Assembly: GCA_963753435.1 (NCBI GenBank)
Contig: CAVWCF010000002.1
Span: 64,001-128,000 of the forward strand
Direction: 5' to 3'
Source of the DNA: an uncultured Actinomycetota bacterium
Lineage (GTDB): Bacteria; Actinomycetota; Actinomycetes; CAVWCF01
DNA: 64,000 bases
This document shows positions 9,838 to 19,910 of the stretch, piece by piece. Positions within the stretch are counted from its first letter, which is position 1; the number at the start of each line of letters is the position of its first letter. A program made the translations under genes and the position numbers. The notes under the pieces are model-generated. The model was given only the letters and a program-made list of their open reading frames with translations. It ran no database searches and was not told the DNA's origin.

Positions 9838-11039
9838 GAGGCGACCTCGGCTTCCAGTGGGTGCAGGCGCAGCAGCGGCTGTCCTGGGTTCACCGGGTCG
9901 CCGTCTTCAACCAGCCATTCGATGACGATGCCACCGTGCGGCGCGGACACTGGATGTTCGTCTCGGAGGGTGTGCACAGCACCCACAGTGGTCCCGGCGG
10001 CGATTTCAGTGCCCAGGGAGTCGTCGGTGTCCGAGCCCGGTGCCACGTGGAACGTGCCCTTGGCCGGTGCCACGAGCAGCCGCCAACTGGGGGAGGCGTC
10101 CAAGTCGGCCGGTGCTCCATGCCGGGCCACCAGCTCCCGGGCTGCCGGCAGGTCGTCCGGCGTCTTCAGGGCGACGGTCTCTACCCCGGGCAGGGCTCGC
10201 TTGATCAAGCCCGTCAGCGTGCCAGCGGGCGGAACCTCGATCACCGCCGTGACGCCGAGGTCGGCCATCGTGCGCATCACCAGGTCCCAGCGCACCGGCA
10301 GGGCGATCTGCGCCACGATTCGCTCCAGCACCTCGGTGCCGTGATGAACCACAGCGCCGTCCCGGTTCGACAGCAAGCGGATGCGCGGGTCATGCGTGGT
10401 CACCGCGCGGGCCAGACCGGCCATTCGGGCGACGGCCGGCTGCATGTGCGTGGTGTGGAAGGCCCCGGCAACCTGCAGCGGTCGCACTCGGGCGCCTTCG
10501 GGGGGAGCAGCGGCTAGTTCCGCCAACTGCTCGTGTGTGCCGCCCACCACGACCTGACCGGCCCCGTTGTGGTTGGCCACCGTCAGCCCGACCGCCTCGG
10601 CCGCTGCGACGACCTGCTCGGGGTCCCCGCCCAGGACGGCACTCATGCCGGTTGGCGTCACCGCGGCGGCTTCGGCCATGCCGCGGCCGCGTTCCCGCAC
10701 CAGCACCATGGCCTGTTCGGCAGAGATAACGCCGGAGGCCGCAGCAGCGGTGAGTTCACCGACGGAGTGCCCGGCGCCGGCGCCGACCTGGCTGAACGCG
10801 TCGTGCGGGTGGGGGAAGAGCGCAAGCAGGGAAACCAGCCCGGCGCTGACGATCAACGGCTGAGCGACTGCGGTGTCGCGAATCGTGTCTGCGTCGGACT
10901 TGGTGCCGTGCTCGATGAGATCGAGTCCGGCGCATGCCGACAACCAGTCCATGCGGGCGGCGAAGCCGGGCAGTTCCAACCACGGTTGCAGGAATCCGGG
11001 AGTTTGGGCGCCCTGACCAGGGCCGACGATGACGAGCAC
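9834..11039 (-). CDS. fabD: Malonyl-CoA:ACP transacylase with C-terminal biotinyl/lipoyl-like domain
   Basis: PGQGAQ, GHSVGE, VAGAFHT; C-terminal VSAPHGGIVIEWLVEDGDPVNPGQPLL resembles a hybrid-barrel domain. Confidence 0.92.
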   Translation of the reverse strand: MLVIVGPGQGAQTPGFLQPWLELPGFAARMDWLSACAGLDLIEHGTKSDADTIRDTAVAQPLIVSAGLVSLLALFPHPHDAFSQVGAGAGHSVGELTAAAASGVISAEQAMVLVRERGRGMAEAAAVTPTGMSAVLGGDPEQVVAAAEAVGLTVANHNGAGQVVVGGTHEQLAELAAAPPEGARVRPLQVAGAFHTTHMQPAVARMAGLARAVTTHDPRIRLLSNRDGAVVHHGTEVLERIVAQIALPVRWDLVMRTMADLGVTAVIEVPPAGTLTGLIKRALPGVETVALKTPDDLPAARELVARHGAPADLDASPSWRLLVAPAKGTFHVAPGSDTDDSLGTEIAAGTTVGAVHTLRDEHPVSAPHGGIVIEWLVEDGDPVNPGQPLLRLHPLEAEVAS

Positions 11040-11106
11040 CCCAGAACCCTGCCCGATGACCGGTCCCCGTGGCGATGGGGACGCGCACGAAACCCGCGCG
11101 GCTCTC

Positions 11107-11123
11107 TTGTAGGAAACCTACAA
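11107..11123. promoter_or_regulatory. FasR/MabR-type operator TTGT-N9-ACAA upstream of fabD
   Basis: Perfect palindrome TTGTAGG-AAA-CCTACAA overlapping the regulator stop codon. Confidence 0.75.
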
Positions 11124-12254
11124 ATCGGGCGCAAGTCGACCCAGGATGCAGGCCACCCGCAAGGTAAGGGCGCCGCGAGCATCCGTCGGTGCGTAGCCCG
11201 TCACGTCGGCGATCCGACGCAGCCGGTAGCGGACCGTATTCGGGTGGACAAAGAGGTCCCGGGCGGCGCCCTCGATCGAACCGGCGCGTTCCAAGTACGC
11301 CTCGACGGTCGCGAGCAGGTCCGCAGAATCCGCCAGCGGCCGGAACACGGCGTCGACAAGGCGGGCCCGCGCGGTGGGGTCGTTGCGCAATGAGCGTTCG
11401 ACCAGCAGGTCGTCGGCGGTCACCAGGCGTGGCGCATCCGGCCAGGCGGTCACTGCCTCCAGGGCCGACACCGCCTCGGCCACAGCCAGGCCGGCGGAGA
11501 ACAGGTCGTCGGCAACCGGGCTGACCGCGACCGGTCCTGGCCCGAAGTGACTTAGCAACTGTGGCACCTGGGCGGACGGATCCACCCCGCCCGTTACTGC
11601 GACCACTAGCCGGTCGCCCTGAACCCCCACGATCGCCTGCAGCCCGCTGTGGGAGGCGGCACGTTGAACTGCGGCAGAAACCTGCTCTGGAGAGCGGTCC
11701 GGAGCCTGTCCGACGAGGACGACCACGTCACCGGTGCCGGTCCAGCCGAGGGCGGCGGCACGCGACCGGATGGACTCATCGACCTCGTTGCGCAGCAGCG
11801 CGTCGATGACCATCGCTTCAATGCGCGCATCCCAAGCACCGCGGCTCTCTGCCGCTGCCGCGTAGACGCGGGCGGCACCGAAGGCGACCTCACGCGAGTA
11901 CCTCAGGACGGCTTCCCGAAGGCGGTCCTCATCGCCAGGCGCGGCCAGGGAGTCGACTCGCTCCTCCACAACCGCCACCGTGGACCGGACCAACTCGACG
12001 GTGTGTTGCAGCGGAATCGACAGGGCCAACTCCGGCGGGGCGGCGCTGAAGACGTCTCCGCCCGGGGATGTGCCGTCAGTCGCCGCGTCGACGAACCCGC
12101 GGATTCCGGCTTCGGCCACGGCTGCGACCCAATCGCGTTGGGCCGGTGTCAACTCGGCAAACCAGGGATGGGTGTTGGCCATGCGCTCCAGTGCCGCCGC
12201 AGTTAGCTCCCCGACCGCCGCGCGTAGGCGCGTGGACGTCTTCCGGCTTGCCAC
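11118..12254 (-). CDS. fasR: PucR-family fatty-acid synthesis regulator (FasR/MabR)
   Basis: YSREVAFGAARVYAAAAESRGAWDAR and C-terminal HTH LFVHPNTVRYRLRRI; directly upstream of fabD; GTG start 7 nt after a TAGCCT -10. Confidence 0.88.
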   Translation of the reverse strand: MASRKTSTRLRAAVGELTAAALERMANTHPWFAELTPAQRDWVAAVAEAGIRGFVDAATDGTSPGGDVFSAAPPELALSIPLQHTVELVRSTVAVVEERVDSLAAPGDEDRLREAVLRYSREVAFGAARVYAAAAESRGAWDARIEAMVIDALLRNEVDESIRSRAAALGWTGTGDVVVLVGQAPDRSPEQVSAAVQRAASHSGLQAIVGVQGDRLVVAVTGGVDPSAQVPQLLSHFGPGPVAVSPVADDLFSAGLAVAEAVSALEAVTAWPDAPRLVTADDLLVERSLRNDPTARARLVDAVFRPLADSADLLATVEAYLERAGSIEGAARDLFVHPNTVRYRLRRIADVTGYAPTDARGALTLRVACILGRLAPDL

Positions 12255-12268
12255 GGGCCTCAGGCTAC

Positions 12269-12285
12269 TTGTAGGGCCTCCACAA
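12269..12285. promoter_or_regulatory. Second TTGT-N9-ACAA site in fasR/pirin divergent promoter
   Basis: TTGTAGGGCCTCCACAA, adjacent to the fasR -10. Confidence 0.65.
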
Positions 12286-12315
12286 CTACGTCGGTGAGCC
12301 TGACACGATGAGCTC

Positions 12316-13062
12316 GTGGTCGAGAGCGCGGCCGTATCCGGGGACGGCGCCCAGTTGCTGGTGCACCGCGCCGCCGATCGGTTCGTCACCCGAACATCGG
12401 GGTTGGACAGCCGGCACTGCTTCTCCTTCGGCCAGCACTACGACCCCGTCAACGTTTCCTTCGGGGGACTGCTTGCCCTCAACGACGACTGCGTTGCCCC
12501 CGGCGCGGGATACCCACCGCACCCGCACGCCGGGCTGGACCTGGTCAGTTGGGTGGTTAGTGGTCGGCTGCGCCACGAGCACGGCGGCGTTGTCAGCGTC
12601 GTGCAGGCTGGCGGTGCCCAACTCTTGGCCAGCGGCCCGGGCGTGCGCCACAGCGAGGTCAACGCCGGAACCGAGTGCCTGCGGTTCATTCAGATGTGGC
12701 TTGCCGCCCCGGACCGCGCAACGGCGAGAACTGCCGCCCTTGTCCGCCACGAGTCCACCCGCATTCAGTTCGCCGGATCACCGTGGGTCCAAGTCGCCGG
12801 CGGCTCCGATTCGGGCGCCCCGCTGACCTTGACGAATCCACGCGCGGCCGTCTTCGCCGCCCGATGGGAACCAGGCGACACTGCCGATTGGCCCGCCTCG
12901 GCTTGGGTGCACTTGTTCGTTGTGGCCGGCCAGGTGAGCGTGACCGGCCTGGCGGACCTGGGCGTAGGCGACTCGCTCCGCGCCCGCAGTACTGAAGGAA
13001 TCGCAGTCACGGCCGTCCAGCCGGCTGAGTTGCTGCTCGTGTCGGCACCGCCGGTCGGTTAG
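12316..13062 (+). CDS. Pirin family protein
   Basis: [27 protein letters not shown] and FIQMW motifs. Confidence 0.88.
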   Translation: MVESAAVSGDGAQLLVHRAADRFVTRTSGLDSRHCFSFGQHYDPVNVSFGGLLALNDDCVAPGAGYPPHPHAGLDLVSWVVSGRLRHEHGGVVSVVQAGGAQLLASGPGVRHSEVNAGTECLRFIQMWLAAPDRATARTAALVRHESTRIQFAGSPWVQVAGGSDSGAPLTLTNPRAAVFAARWEPGDTADWPASAWVHLFVVAGQVSVTGLADLGVGDSLRARSTEGIAVTAVQPAELLLVSAPPVG

Positions 13063-15794
13063 GCGTCGCCCATCCCCAATCCGGGATCGGCTGCGCTGAC
13101 GTCGGTCAGCCGGTAGCGGGCCACGGCGTCGGAAACTTCCGATGCGGCGATCTCCCCGCGGCGGGCCAAGGACTGCAGGGCTCGGACCGTGATGGACTCG
13201 GCATCGACCAGGAAGTGCCGGCGAAGCGCGCCGCGCGTGTCCGACATGCCCCACCCGTCCGTACCGAGGGAGGCATAGTCGGTCGGCACCCATTGCGCGA
13301 TCTGGTCGGGGACCGCGCGCATGTAGTCGCTGACCGCAACCACCGGACCGGACCGTTCGGCGAGCCGCTGGGTCACGTAGGGCTGCCGGGCCGCCGCCAG
13401 CGGGTTCAGGAAGGCATCTTCGTCGCAAGCCAGCGCTTCGCGGCGCAGTTCGTTCCAGGAGGTAACGGACCAGACATCGGCGGCCACGTCGTGGTTGGTG
13501 GCCAGGAGCTCCTGGGCGCGTTCGGCCCACGGCACGGCCACACCGGAAGCCAACAACTGCACGGCCGGTCCGCTGGCGTCCGAAGGTGCCGGGGCCCACA
13601 GGTGCATCCCGCGCAGGATCCCGTCCACGTCGACGGCTTCGGGTTCGGCTGGTTGCGGGAAGGGCTCGTTGTAGATCGTCAGGTAGTAGAAGACGTCCTC
13701 GGCGTCCTCTCCGTACATGCGGCGTAGACCGTCCCGCACGATGTGGCCCAATTCGAAGGCGAATGCCGGGTCATATGTCACCGCGGCGGGGTTGGTGGAC
13801 GCCAGCAGCGGGCTGTGGCCGTCCTCGTGCTGCAGTCCTTCGCCGTTGAGAGTGGTTCGTCCGGCGGTTGCCCCCAGCACGAAACCGCGGGTCATCTGGT
13901 CCATCGCCGCCCAGAAGCCGTCGCCGGTTCGCTGGAACCCGAACATCGAGTAGAAGATGTAGATCGGAATCAGCGGCTCGGCGTGCGTTGCGTAGGACGT
14001 CCCGACCGCGGTGAAGGATGCGACCGAGCCCGCCTCGTTGATTCCCTCGTGGAGGATCTGCCCGGTCACCGACTCCTTGTAGGACAGCATCAGTTCGCGG
14101 TCAACGGCGGTGTATTGCTGCCCATGTGGGCTGTAGATCTGCTGCACCGGGAAGAGCGAGTCCATTCCGAAGGTGCGGGCCTCGTCCGGGATGATCGGAA
14201 CGATCCGGGCGCCGATGCCCTCGTGCTTGATCAGGTCCTTGAGCAGCCGGACGAAGGCCATGGTGGTGGCCACCGGCTGTTTGCCGGAGCCGCGGCGAAC
14301 CACCTCGTAGATGTCGTCCCCGGGCAGGACCAGCGGCTTTGCCGTAACCCGGCGTTCCGGCAGGTAACCGCCGAGGGCGCCGCGGCGCTCATGCAGGTAC
14401 TTGGCCACATCGCTGCCCGCGCCAGGGTGGTAGTAGGGCGGCAGGGTGGCATCCAGGTCGGCGTCCTCGATGGGGATCTGCAGCCGGTCCCGGAACGCGC
14501 GCAGGTCGTCCTTGGTCAGCTTCTTCATCTGGTGAGTGGAGTTGCGCGCCTCAAAGTGGCTGCCCAGGGTCCAGCCCTTGATCGTCTTGGCCAGGATCAC
14601 GGTCGGCTGGCCGGTGTGTGCGGTTGCCGCGTGGTAGGCGGCGTAGAGCTTGCGGTAGTCGTGGCCACCGCGCTTGAGGTTCCAGATCTCCGCGTCGGTG
14701 AGGTGCTCCACCAGTTTGCGGGTTCGCGGGTCGCGGCCGAAGAAGTGCTCCCGGACGAACGCGCCGTCCTCCGCCTTGTAGGTCTGGAAGTCGCCGTCCG
14801 GGGTCGTGTTCATCAGGTGCACCAGGGCGCCGTCGGCGTCCTGGGCGAGCAGGGTGTCCCACTCCCGACCCCAGATCACCTTGATGACGTTCCAGCCGGC
14901 GCCACGGAACAGCGACTCCAACTCCTGGATGATCTTGCCGTTGCCGCGGACCGGACCATCGAGCCGCTGCAGATTGCAGTTGACGACGAAGATGAGGTTG
15001 TCCAGTTCCTCACGAGCGGCCAGGCCGATGGCGCCAACCGATTCCGGTTCGTCCATCTCGCCGTCGCCGAGGAATGCCCACACCCGCTGCTCGGAGGTGT
15101 CCTTGAAGCCGCGGTGGTGCAGGTACCGATTCAGCCGCGCCTGATAGATGGCGTTCAGCGGGCCCAGGCCCATGGAGACGGTCGGGAACTCCCAGAAGTC
15201 CGGCATCAGGCGCGGGTGCGGGTAGCTGGGCAAGGCGCCGCCCGCGTGCGACAACTCCTGCCGGAAACCGTCCAGTTGGTCTTCGCTCAGGCGGCCCTCC
15301 AGGAAGGCGCGCGCGTACATCCCCGGCGAGGCATGACCCTGGTAGAAGATCTGATCTCCGCCGCCGGCGTGGTCCTTGGCGCGGAAGAAGTGGTTGAAGC
15401 CGACTTCGTACAACGAGGCCGACGATGCGTAGGTGGAGATGTGCCCACCGACGCCGATGCCCGGTCGCTGGGCGCGGTGCACCATGATCGCCGCGTTCCA
15501 GCGGATGTAGGCGCGGATGCGTCGCTCGACCCACTCGTCCCCTGGGAACCACGGCTCCTGCTCGGGCGTGATCGTGTTGATGTAGTCGGTGGCCCGCAGG
15601 CTTGGCACCCCGACCTTGCGTTCCCGAGCCCGCTGCAGGAGGGACAGCATGATGTAGCGGGCCCGGTACGAGCCCGCCGTGTCGATCAGTTCGTCCAGGG
15701 AGGCAAGCCATTCGCCGGTCTCTTCGGGGTCCACATCGACCAGCTGGGTGGGCAGCCCCGAGTTGAGCAGCGTCGGACGCCCAATCTCGGCCAC
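13059..15794 (-). CDS. aceE: Pyruvate dehydrogenase E1, homodimeric type
   Basis: [32 protein letters not shown] motif, [11 protein letters not shown]; GTG start at 15794 inferred. Confidence 0.97.
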   Translation of the reverse strand: MAEIGRPTLLNSGLPTQLVDVDPEETGEWLASLDELIDTAGSYRARYIMLSLLQRARERKVGVPSLRATDYINTITPEQEPWFPGDEWVERRIRAYIRWNAAIMVHRAQRPGIGVGGHISTYASSASLYEVGFNHFFRAKDHAGGGDQIFYQGHASPGMYARAFLEGRLSEDQLDGFRQELSHAGGALPSYPHPRLMPDFWEFPTVSMGLGPLNAIYQARLNRYLHHRGFKDTSEQRVWAFLGDGEMDEPESVGAIGLAAREELDNLIFVVNCNLQRLDGPVRGNGKIIQELESLFRGAGWNVIKVIWGREWDTLLAQDADGALVHLMNTTPDGDFQTYKAEDGAFVREHFFGRDPRTRKLVEHLTDAEIWNLKRGGHDYRKLYAAYHAATAHTGQPTVILAKTIKGWTLGSHFEARNSTHQMKKLTKDDLRAFRDRLQIPIEDADLDATLPPYYHPGAGSDVAKYLHERRGALGGYLPERRVTAKPLVLPGDDIYEVVRRGSGKQPVATTMAFVRLLKDLIKHEGIGARIVPIIPDEARTFGMDSLFPVQQIYSPHGQQYTAVDRELMLSYKESVTGQILHEGINEAGSVASFTAVGTSYATHAEPLIPIYIFYSMFGFQRTGDGFWAAMDQMTRGFVLGATAGRTTLNGEGLQHEDGHSPLLASTNPAAVTYDPAFAFELGHIVRDGLRRMYGEDAEDVFYYLTIYNEPFPQPAEPEAVDVDGILRGMHLWAPAPSDASGPAVQLLASGVAVPWAERAQELLATNHDVAADVWSVTSWNELRREALACDEDAFLNPLAAARQPYVTQRLAERSGPVVAVSDYMRAVPDQIAQWVPTDYASLGTDGWGMSDTRGALRRHFLVDAESITVRALQSLARRGEIAASEVSDAVARYRLTDVSAADPGLGMGDA

Positions 15795-16010
15795 GTTGTC
15801 TCCGTTCGTTGTGCGCTCGACACACACGGCCGGTCTGGCTTGTTCCAACCGGCACCACGCCTGCGGCCCATCCTGTCGTGCGGGACCGGATTCGTCACCT
15901 CATGGCCACGTACGGCGCGGATGCTTGCGCTGATGGGGCGGCTGCTATGGACTACGCCCACAGGCCCAGCAGGTCGCCCGCTGATGCGGGCGAGGATCGA
16001 GAGGTAGGCG

Positions 16011-16442
16011 GTGAGCACGACGGCGGTGCCCGGTGAGGCTGACCGTTCCACTGCGACGAAATTGGGTCTGCAGTCCGGGGACCTGGTCTTGGAGATCGGC
16101 TACGACGACGACTGTGACGAAGCGCTGCGGTCGGCCATAGAGGCGGTTACCGGGTCTGCGTTGCTTGAGGACGACACCGAAGAGGTTGTCGACGCCGTGC
16201 TGCTGTGGTGGCGCGACGACGACGGCGACCTCATCGACGGGCTGGTCGACGCCCTCACGTTCTTGGCCGACGGTGGCACCATCTGGTTGCTGACCCCCAA
16301 GGCGGGGCGCGAAGGCCACGTAGAACCTTCCGACATCGGCGAGGCCGCGCCGACGGCTGGGCTGCAGGCCACCAGCAGCGTTGCGGCCGCAGCTGACTGG
16401 TCGGGCACTCGACTCGTGTCACCGAAGTCCAGTCGCCGCTGA
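16011..16442 (+). CDS. DUF3052 family protein
   Basis: EIGYDDDCD, VLLWWRDDDGDL, IWLLTPKAGR; divergent from aceE as is usual in actinomycetes. Confidence 0.9.
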   Translation: MSTTAVPGEADRSTATKLGLQSGDLVLEIGYDDDCDEALRSAIEAVTGSALLEDDTEEVVDAVLLWWRDDDGDLIDGLVDALTFLADGGTIWLLTPKAGREGHVEPSDIGEAAPTAGLQATSSVAAAADWSGTRLVSPKSSRR

Positions 16443-16527
16443 CTCATCCGGAGTCCGTGCCGGCATCAGTGCCGAGGCGGTATCTACCTGAGAGTTCTAC
16501 GCCGTGGTTTCGGCCCCGCGGGGCTCC

Positions 16528-17296
16528 TCAGCCGCGGCGGAGCCAACCCGTCAGTCGACTCGCACCCTGCATCATGGCCAAGGCCGGGCGCATCGCCGCG
16601 GTCCCGGGGATGCCCTCCGTGTTCGCCACCACTTGAGCCAAAGGCAGCAGGCCCCGGGCGTCATTGAGGCGCAGGCGCCCAGCGGCGACGAGGGCAACAA
16701 CGTCTTGGCGGCGGCCGCTGGTTATCTGCAGCAGGGCTGCTGCCTCAGCCTGAACCGACGGGCAGACCGTCGCAGTCCTGACCCAGTCGCCATCCGCTGT
16801 CATCCACGTCCAGGGACAGGTCCAGCCGTTCGGTTCGGACGGCTACTCGCATGTTGGCGCCGTTGCGTTTGCAGATAGCGCCTAGGACGTCGACGAACGC
16901 GACAACGCCGGCGTCCAGGGCCGCCTCGTCAGCGGCCTCGGGTTCATCGAGTAGATCAAGGGTGGCAACGGCCGCCCGATAGGCGGATGCGTGCAGGTAG
17001 GTGACCCGGGGGAGCGTCCCCACCGGTGACGGGACGGGGGTCCGCCAGTGCGGCCGAGCGGGGTCAGTGAGCAGTGTGCGCAGTTCCTGGCCTATCGCCT
17101 CTTGGGTACGCGTCAATTCCGCAAGGGGGTCGGCGTCTTGGGGCGGATCTGCGTCGAGCAGGTCCGGCAGAGCGGAACGCAGCGTGGCGTTGCCGGGTTC
17201 AACCTGCTCGGCGACGTCGAGCAGATGCGCCCACGCGCGGGCCGTCCCCTTGACCAATCGGTCGGGGTCAACGGCGGCAAGTCCGAGATCAGCCAT
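16528..17296 (-). pseudogene. Hypothetical protein split by a +1 frameshift near 16760
   Basis: MADLGLAAVDP...GWRLGQDCDGLP continues as SVQAEAAALLQITSG... if one base of the GGG at 16760-16762 is removed; span 769 = 3n+1. Confidence 0.6.
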
Positions 17297-17470
17297 CGGC
17301 ACAACTGTGCCCGTATCTGTTGGCGCGCCGCCAGCGGCAGCCGCGGCTGCGTGCTTCGGGGACGCCGAAGGGCTCCGACCCGAGCGGGCGCTCCAGGTAC
17401 CCCTGTGTAAGGGTTTGTAGCCGCCGGCATCCGAGCGGTATGCCGAAGCAGCGCGATAGAGAGGGCGAGC

Positions 17471-17929
17471 ATGGATCTGGTTGGCAGCGAGGCGCCGGAC
17501 TTCACCTTGACCAGCCAGCACGGCGAGTCCGTGCAGTTGTCCCGGTACCGCGGCGAGAAGAACGTGGTGCTGATCTTCTTCCCGTTCGCATTCAGCGGTA
17601 TCTGCACCGGGGAGTTGTGCGAGGTCCGCGACCGCCTGGGCAGCTTCGTCAACGACGACACCGTGACGATCGCGGTGTCTTGTGACACCAAGTTCACTCA
17701 GCGCATCTTCGCCGAGCGCGACGGCTACACGTTCGACCTCCTGTCCGACCACTGGCCCCACGGTGCGGTCGCCCAGTCGTACGGCGTCTTCAACTCCGAC
17801 GCCGGTGCGGCGCTCCGCGCCACGTTCATCATCGACAAGGCCGGCGTGGTGCGGTGGCAGGTCGAACACGCCATTCCCGACGCCCGGGACACCGCCGAGT
17901 ACGAGAAGGCGCTCAGCTCTCTCGGCTGA
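17471..17929 (+). CDS. Peroxiredoxin (AhpE-like)
   Basis: FFPFAFSGICTGELC peroxidatic motif, LLSDHWPHG, RATFIID. Confidence 0.93.
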   Translation: MDLVGSEAPDFTLTSQHGESVQLSRYRGEKNVVLIFFPFAFSGICTGELCEVRDRLGSFVNDDTVTIAVSCDTKFTQRIFAERDGYTFDLLSDHWPHGAVAQSYGVFNSDAGAALRATFIIDKAGVVRWQVEHAIPDARDTAEYEKALSSLG

Positions 17930-17960
17930 GCATCTACTCTGTGCGTCCCCGGACACCCCC

Positions 17961-18034
17961 GGGCGCATAGCTCAGTTGGTCAGAGCACCTGCCTTACAAG
18001 CAGGGGGTCACAGGTTCGAGCCCTGTTGCGCCCA
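17961..18034 (+). tRNA. tRNA-Val(TAC)
   Basis: Acceptor stem GGGCGCA/TGCGCCC, anticodon arm CCTGC-CTTACAA-GCAGG, T-loop TTCGAGC. Confidence 0.96.
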
Positions 18035-18054
18035 CCGTCTCGTACCCTGCGGCC

Positions 18055-19188
18055 ATGCCGACGTTAGGCGAGGTCGTAGCCGCGCTGCACAAGCGTTTCC
18101 CAACGGGCTACGCGGAGGACTGGGACGCGGTCGGTCTTGTCTGCGGCGACCCGGACGCGCAGGTTGGCCGGATTCACTTCGCCGTTGATCCGACCCCGTC
18201 CGTGGTCGATGAGGCGCTGGCCGCCGGGGCGAATCTTCTCGTCGTGCATCACCCGCTGCTGCTGCGTCCGGTCAGCGCTGTTGCAGCCACGGACTGGAAG
18301 GGGCAGGTACTGCACCGGCTCATCCGGTCCGACTGCGCCTTGCTGACGCTGCACACCAACGCCGATTCGGCCCGACCCGGCGTCTCGGATGCCCTTGCCG
18401 AGGCTCTTGGATTGCGGCGGGTCCAGCCGCTGTCGCCAGGTGGACTGCCGTTGGACAAGCTCGTCACTTTCGTACCGCGCGCAGACGCCGATGCCGTCTT
18501 GGACGCTCTGGCTGCAGCCGGCGCAGGCGCTATCGGAGACTACGACCGGTGCGCGTTCCGAGTGGACGGCACGGGGACCTTCCGGCCGCTGTCCGGCGCC
18601 GAACCGGCGATTGGATCGGTTGGGTCCATCAGCGAGGTGGCCGAGACCCGGCTGGAGATGGTGCTGCCCCGGCAGTCGCGCGCCGCAGTCGTGGCCGCCC
18701 TGCGTGCGGCGCACCCGTACGAGGAGGTCGCGTTCGACCTGTACGAGGTGGCGTCGGCGCCGGGGTCGACGGGGTTGGGCCGGGTCGGCGACCTAGCCCA
18801 GCCGGTGACCTTGGCCGAGTTCGTGCAGCGCGTTGCCAGCGCGCTGCCGCCGACGGCCGTCGGTGTCCGAGGCGCTGGCGATCCGCAACGGCTGATCAGC
18901 CGGGTCGCCGTCTGCGGCGGCGCGGGGGACTCCCTCATCGACGCAGCCGCCCGGGCAGGTGCGGACGTCTTCGTAACCGCCGACCTGCGCCACCACCCCA
19001 CGCAGGAGGCATCGCTTCGCGGCCTGGCGCTGGTGGACGCCACGCATTGGGCCACGGAGTGGCTGTGGCTGCAAGGTGCCGCAGATCAACTGGTCGCCGA
19101 CCTGAGCGCCACGGGAAGTACGGTTGAGGTTCACGTCTCCGCCATGTCGACCGACCCGTGGAGCCTGCACGTGGGGAGTTCAACCTGA
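18055..19188 (+). CDS. Nif3-like dinuclear metal center protein
   Basis: AEDWDAVGL, HHPLLL, HTNAD, HPYEE, DLRHH and HWATE motifs. Confidence 0.93.
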   Translation: MPTLGEVVAALHKRFPTGYAEDWDAVGLVCGDPDAQVGRIHFAVDPTPSVVDEALAAGANLLVVHHPLLLRPVSAVAATDWKGQVLHRLIRSDCALLTLHTNADSARPGVSDALAEALGLRRVQPLSPGGLPLDKLVTFVPRADADAVLDALAAAGAGAIGDYDRCAFRVDGTGTFRPLSGAEPAIGSVGSISEVAETRLEMVLPRQSRAAVVAALRAAHPYEEVAFDLYEVASAPGSTGLGRVGDLAQPVTLAEFVQRVASALPPTAVGVRGAGDPQRLISRVAVCGGAGDSLIDAAARAGADVFVTADLRHHPTQEASLRGLALVDATHWATEWLWLQGAADQLVADLSATGSTVEVHVSAMSTDPWSLHVGSST

Positions 19189-19910
19189 ACGCCGATCCGG
19201 ACGCCCAGTTGCTCCTGCTGGACCTGCAGGAAGTTGATTCCAGGCTGGACCTGTTGGCGCACCGCCGCGAGACGTTGCCCGAAGTGAAGCGTTTGGCCGA
19301 GTTGGAGGCCGACAACGCCGCGATCGCGGACCGGCTTGTCGCCGCCGAAACCGAGGCCAGTGATGTGCAGCGGCTGGTGAACAAGGCTGATTCGGACGTG
19401 GAGCAGGTTCGTCAGCGTGCCCAGCGCGACCAGCAACGTCTCGATGCCGGCGTCGGGACGGCCAAGGACATGCAGTCCCTCACAGCGGAGATCCAGTCGT
19501 TGGCGCGACGTCAGTCCGAACTCGAGGACGCCGAGTTGGAGGTCATGGAGCGGTTGGAGGAAGTGCAGGCTGCGCTCAACGGCCTGCAGGCGGATCGTCA
19601 GCGGCTGACGGAGGAGATTGCGGCGACGACCCAGGCTCGCGATGTGGCGTTCGGGCAGATCGCTGCTGAGTCTGAGGACCTGGCCCAGGAACGTACGTCG
19701 CTTGTCGCGCGCGTACCGGAGGACCTGCTCGCGTTGTATGACAAGTTGCGTGCGCAGTACGACGGCGTTGGGGCTGCCGCGCTCGAGCACGGTCGGTGCG
19801 GGGGCTGCCGTCTGGAGCTGAACCAGGCGGACCTGAACGAGATCCGCAGCCAGGCACCCGAAGCGGTCGTCCGGTGTGAGGAGTGCCGCCGCATCCTGGT
19901 TCGCCGGTGA
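19185..19910 (+). CDS. C4-type zinc-ribbon coiled-coil protein (DUF164 type)
   Basis: Long coiled coil followed by CGGC...CEECRRIL; probable CTG start overlapping the Nif3 TGA with GGGAG RBS. Confidence 0.88.
   Translation: MNADPDAQLLLLDLQEVDSRLDLLAHRRETLPEVKRLAELEADNAAIADRLVAAETEASDVQRLVNKADSDVEQVRQRAQRDQQRLDAGVGTAKDMQSLTAEIQSLARRQSELEDAELEVMERLEEVQAALNGLQADRQRLTEEIAATTQARDVAFGQIAAESEDLAQERTSLVARVPEDLLALYDKLRAQYDGVGAAALEHGRCGGCRLELNQADLNEIRSQAPEAVVRCEECRRILVRR

Noticed and set aside
13743-16007. Long antisense ORFs (754 aa opposite aceE, 638 aa opposite glnA2, and others)
   Set aside because: Typical shadow ORFs caused by high-GC codon bias; no recognisable motifs
17961-18054. tRNA-Val or tRNA-Arg as integration sites
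   Set aside because: Core genes follow directly and no 3'-end duplication or integrase was found
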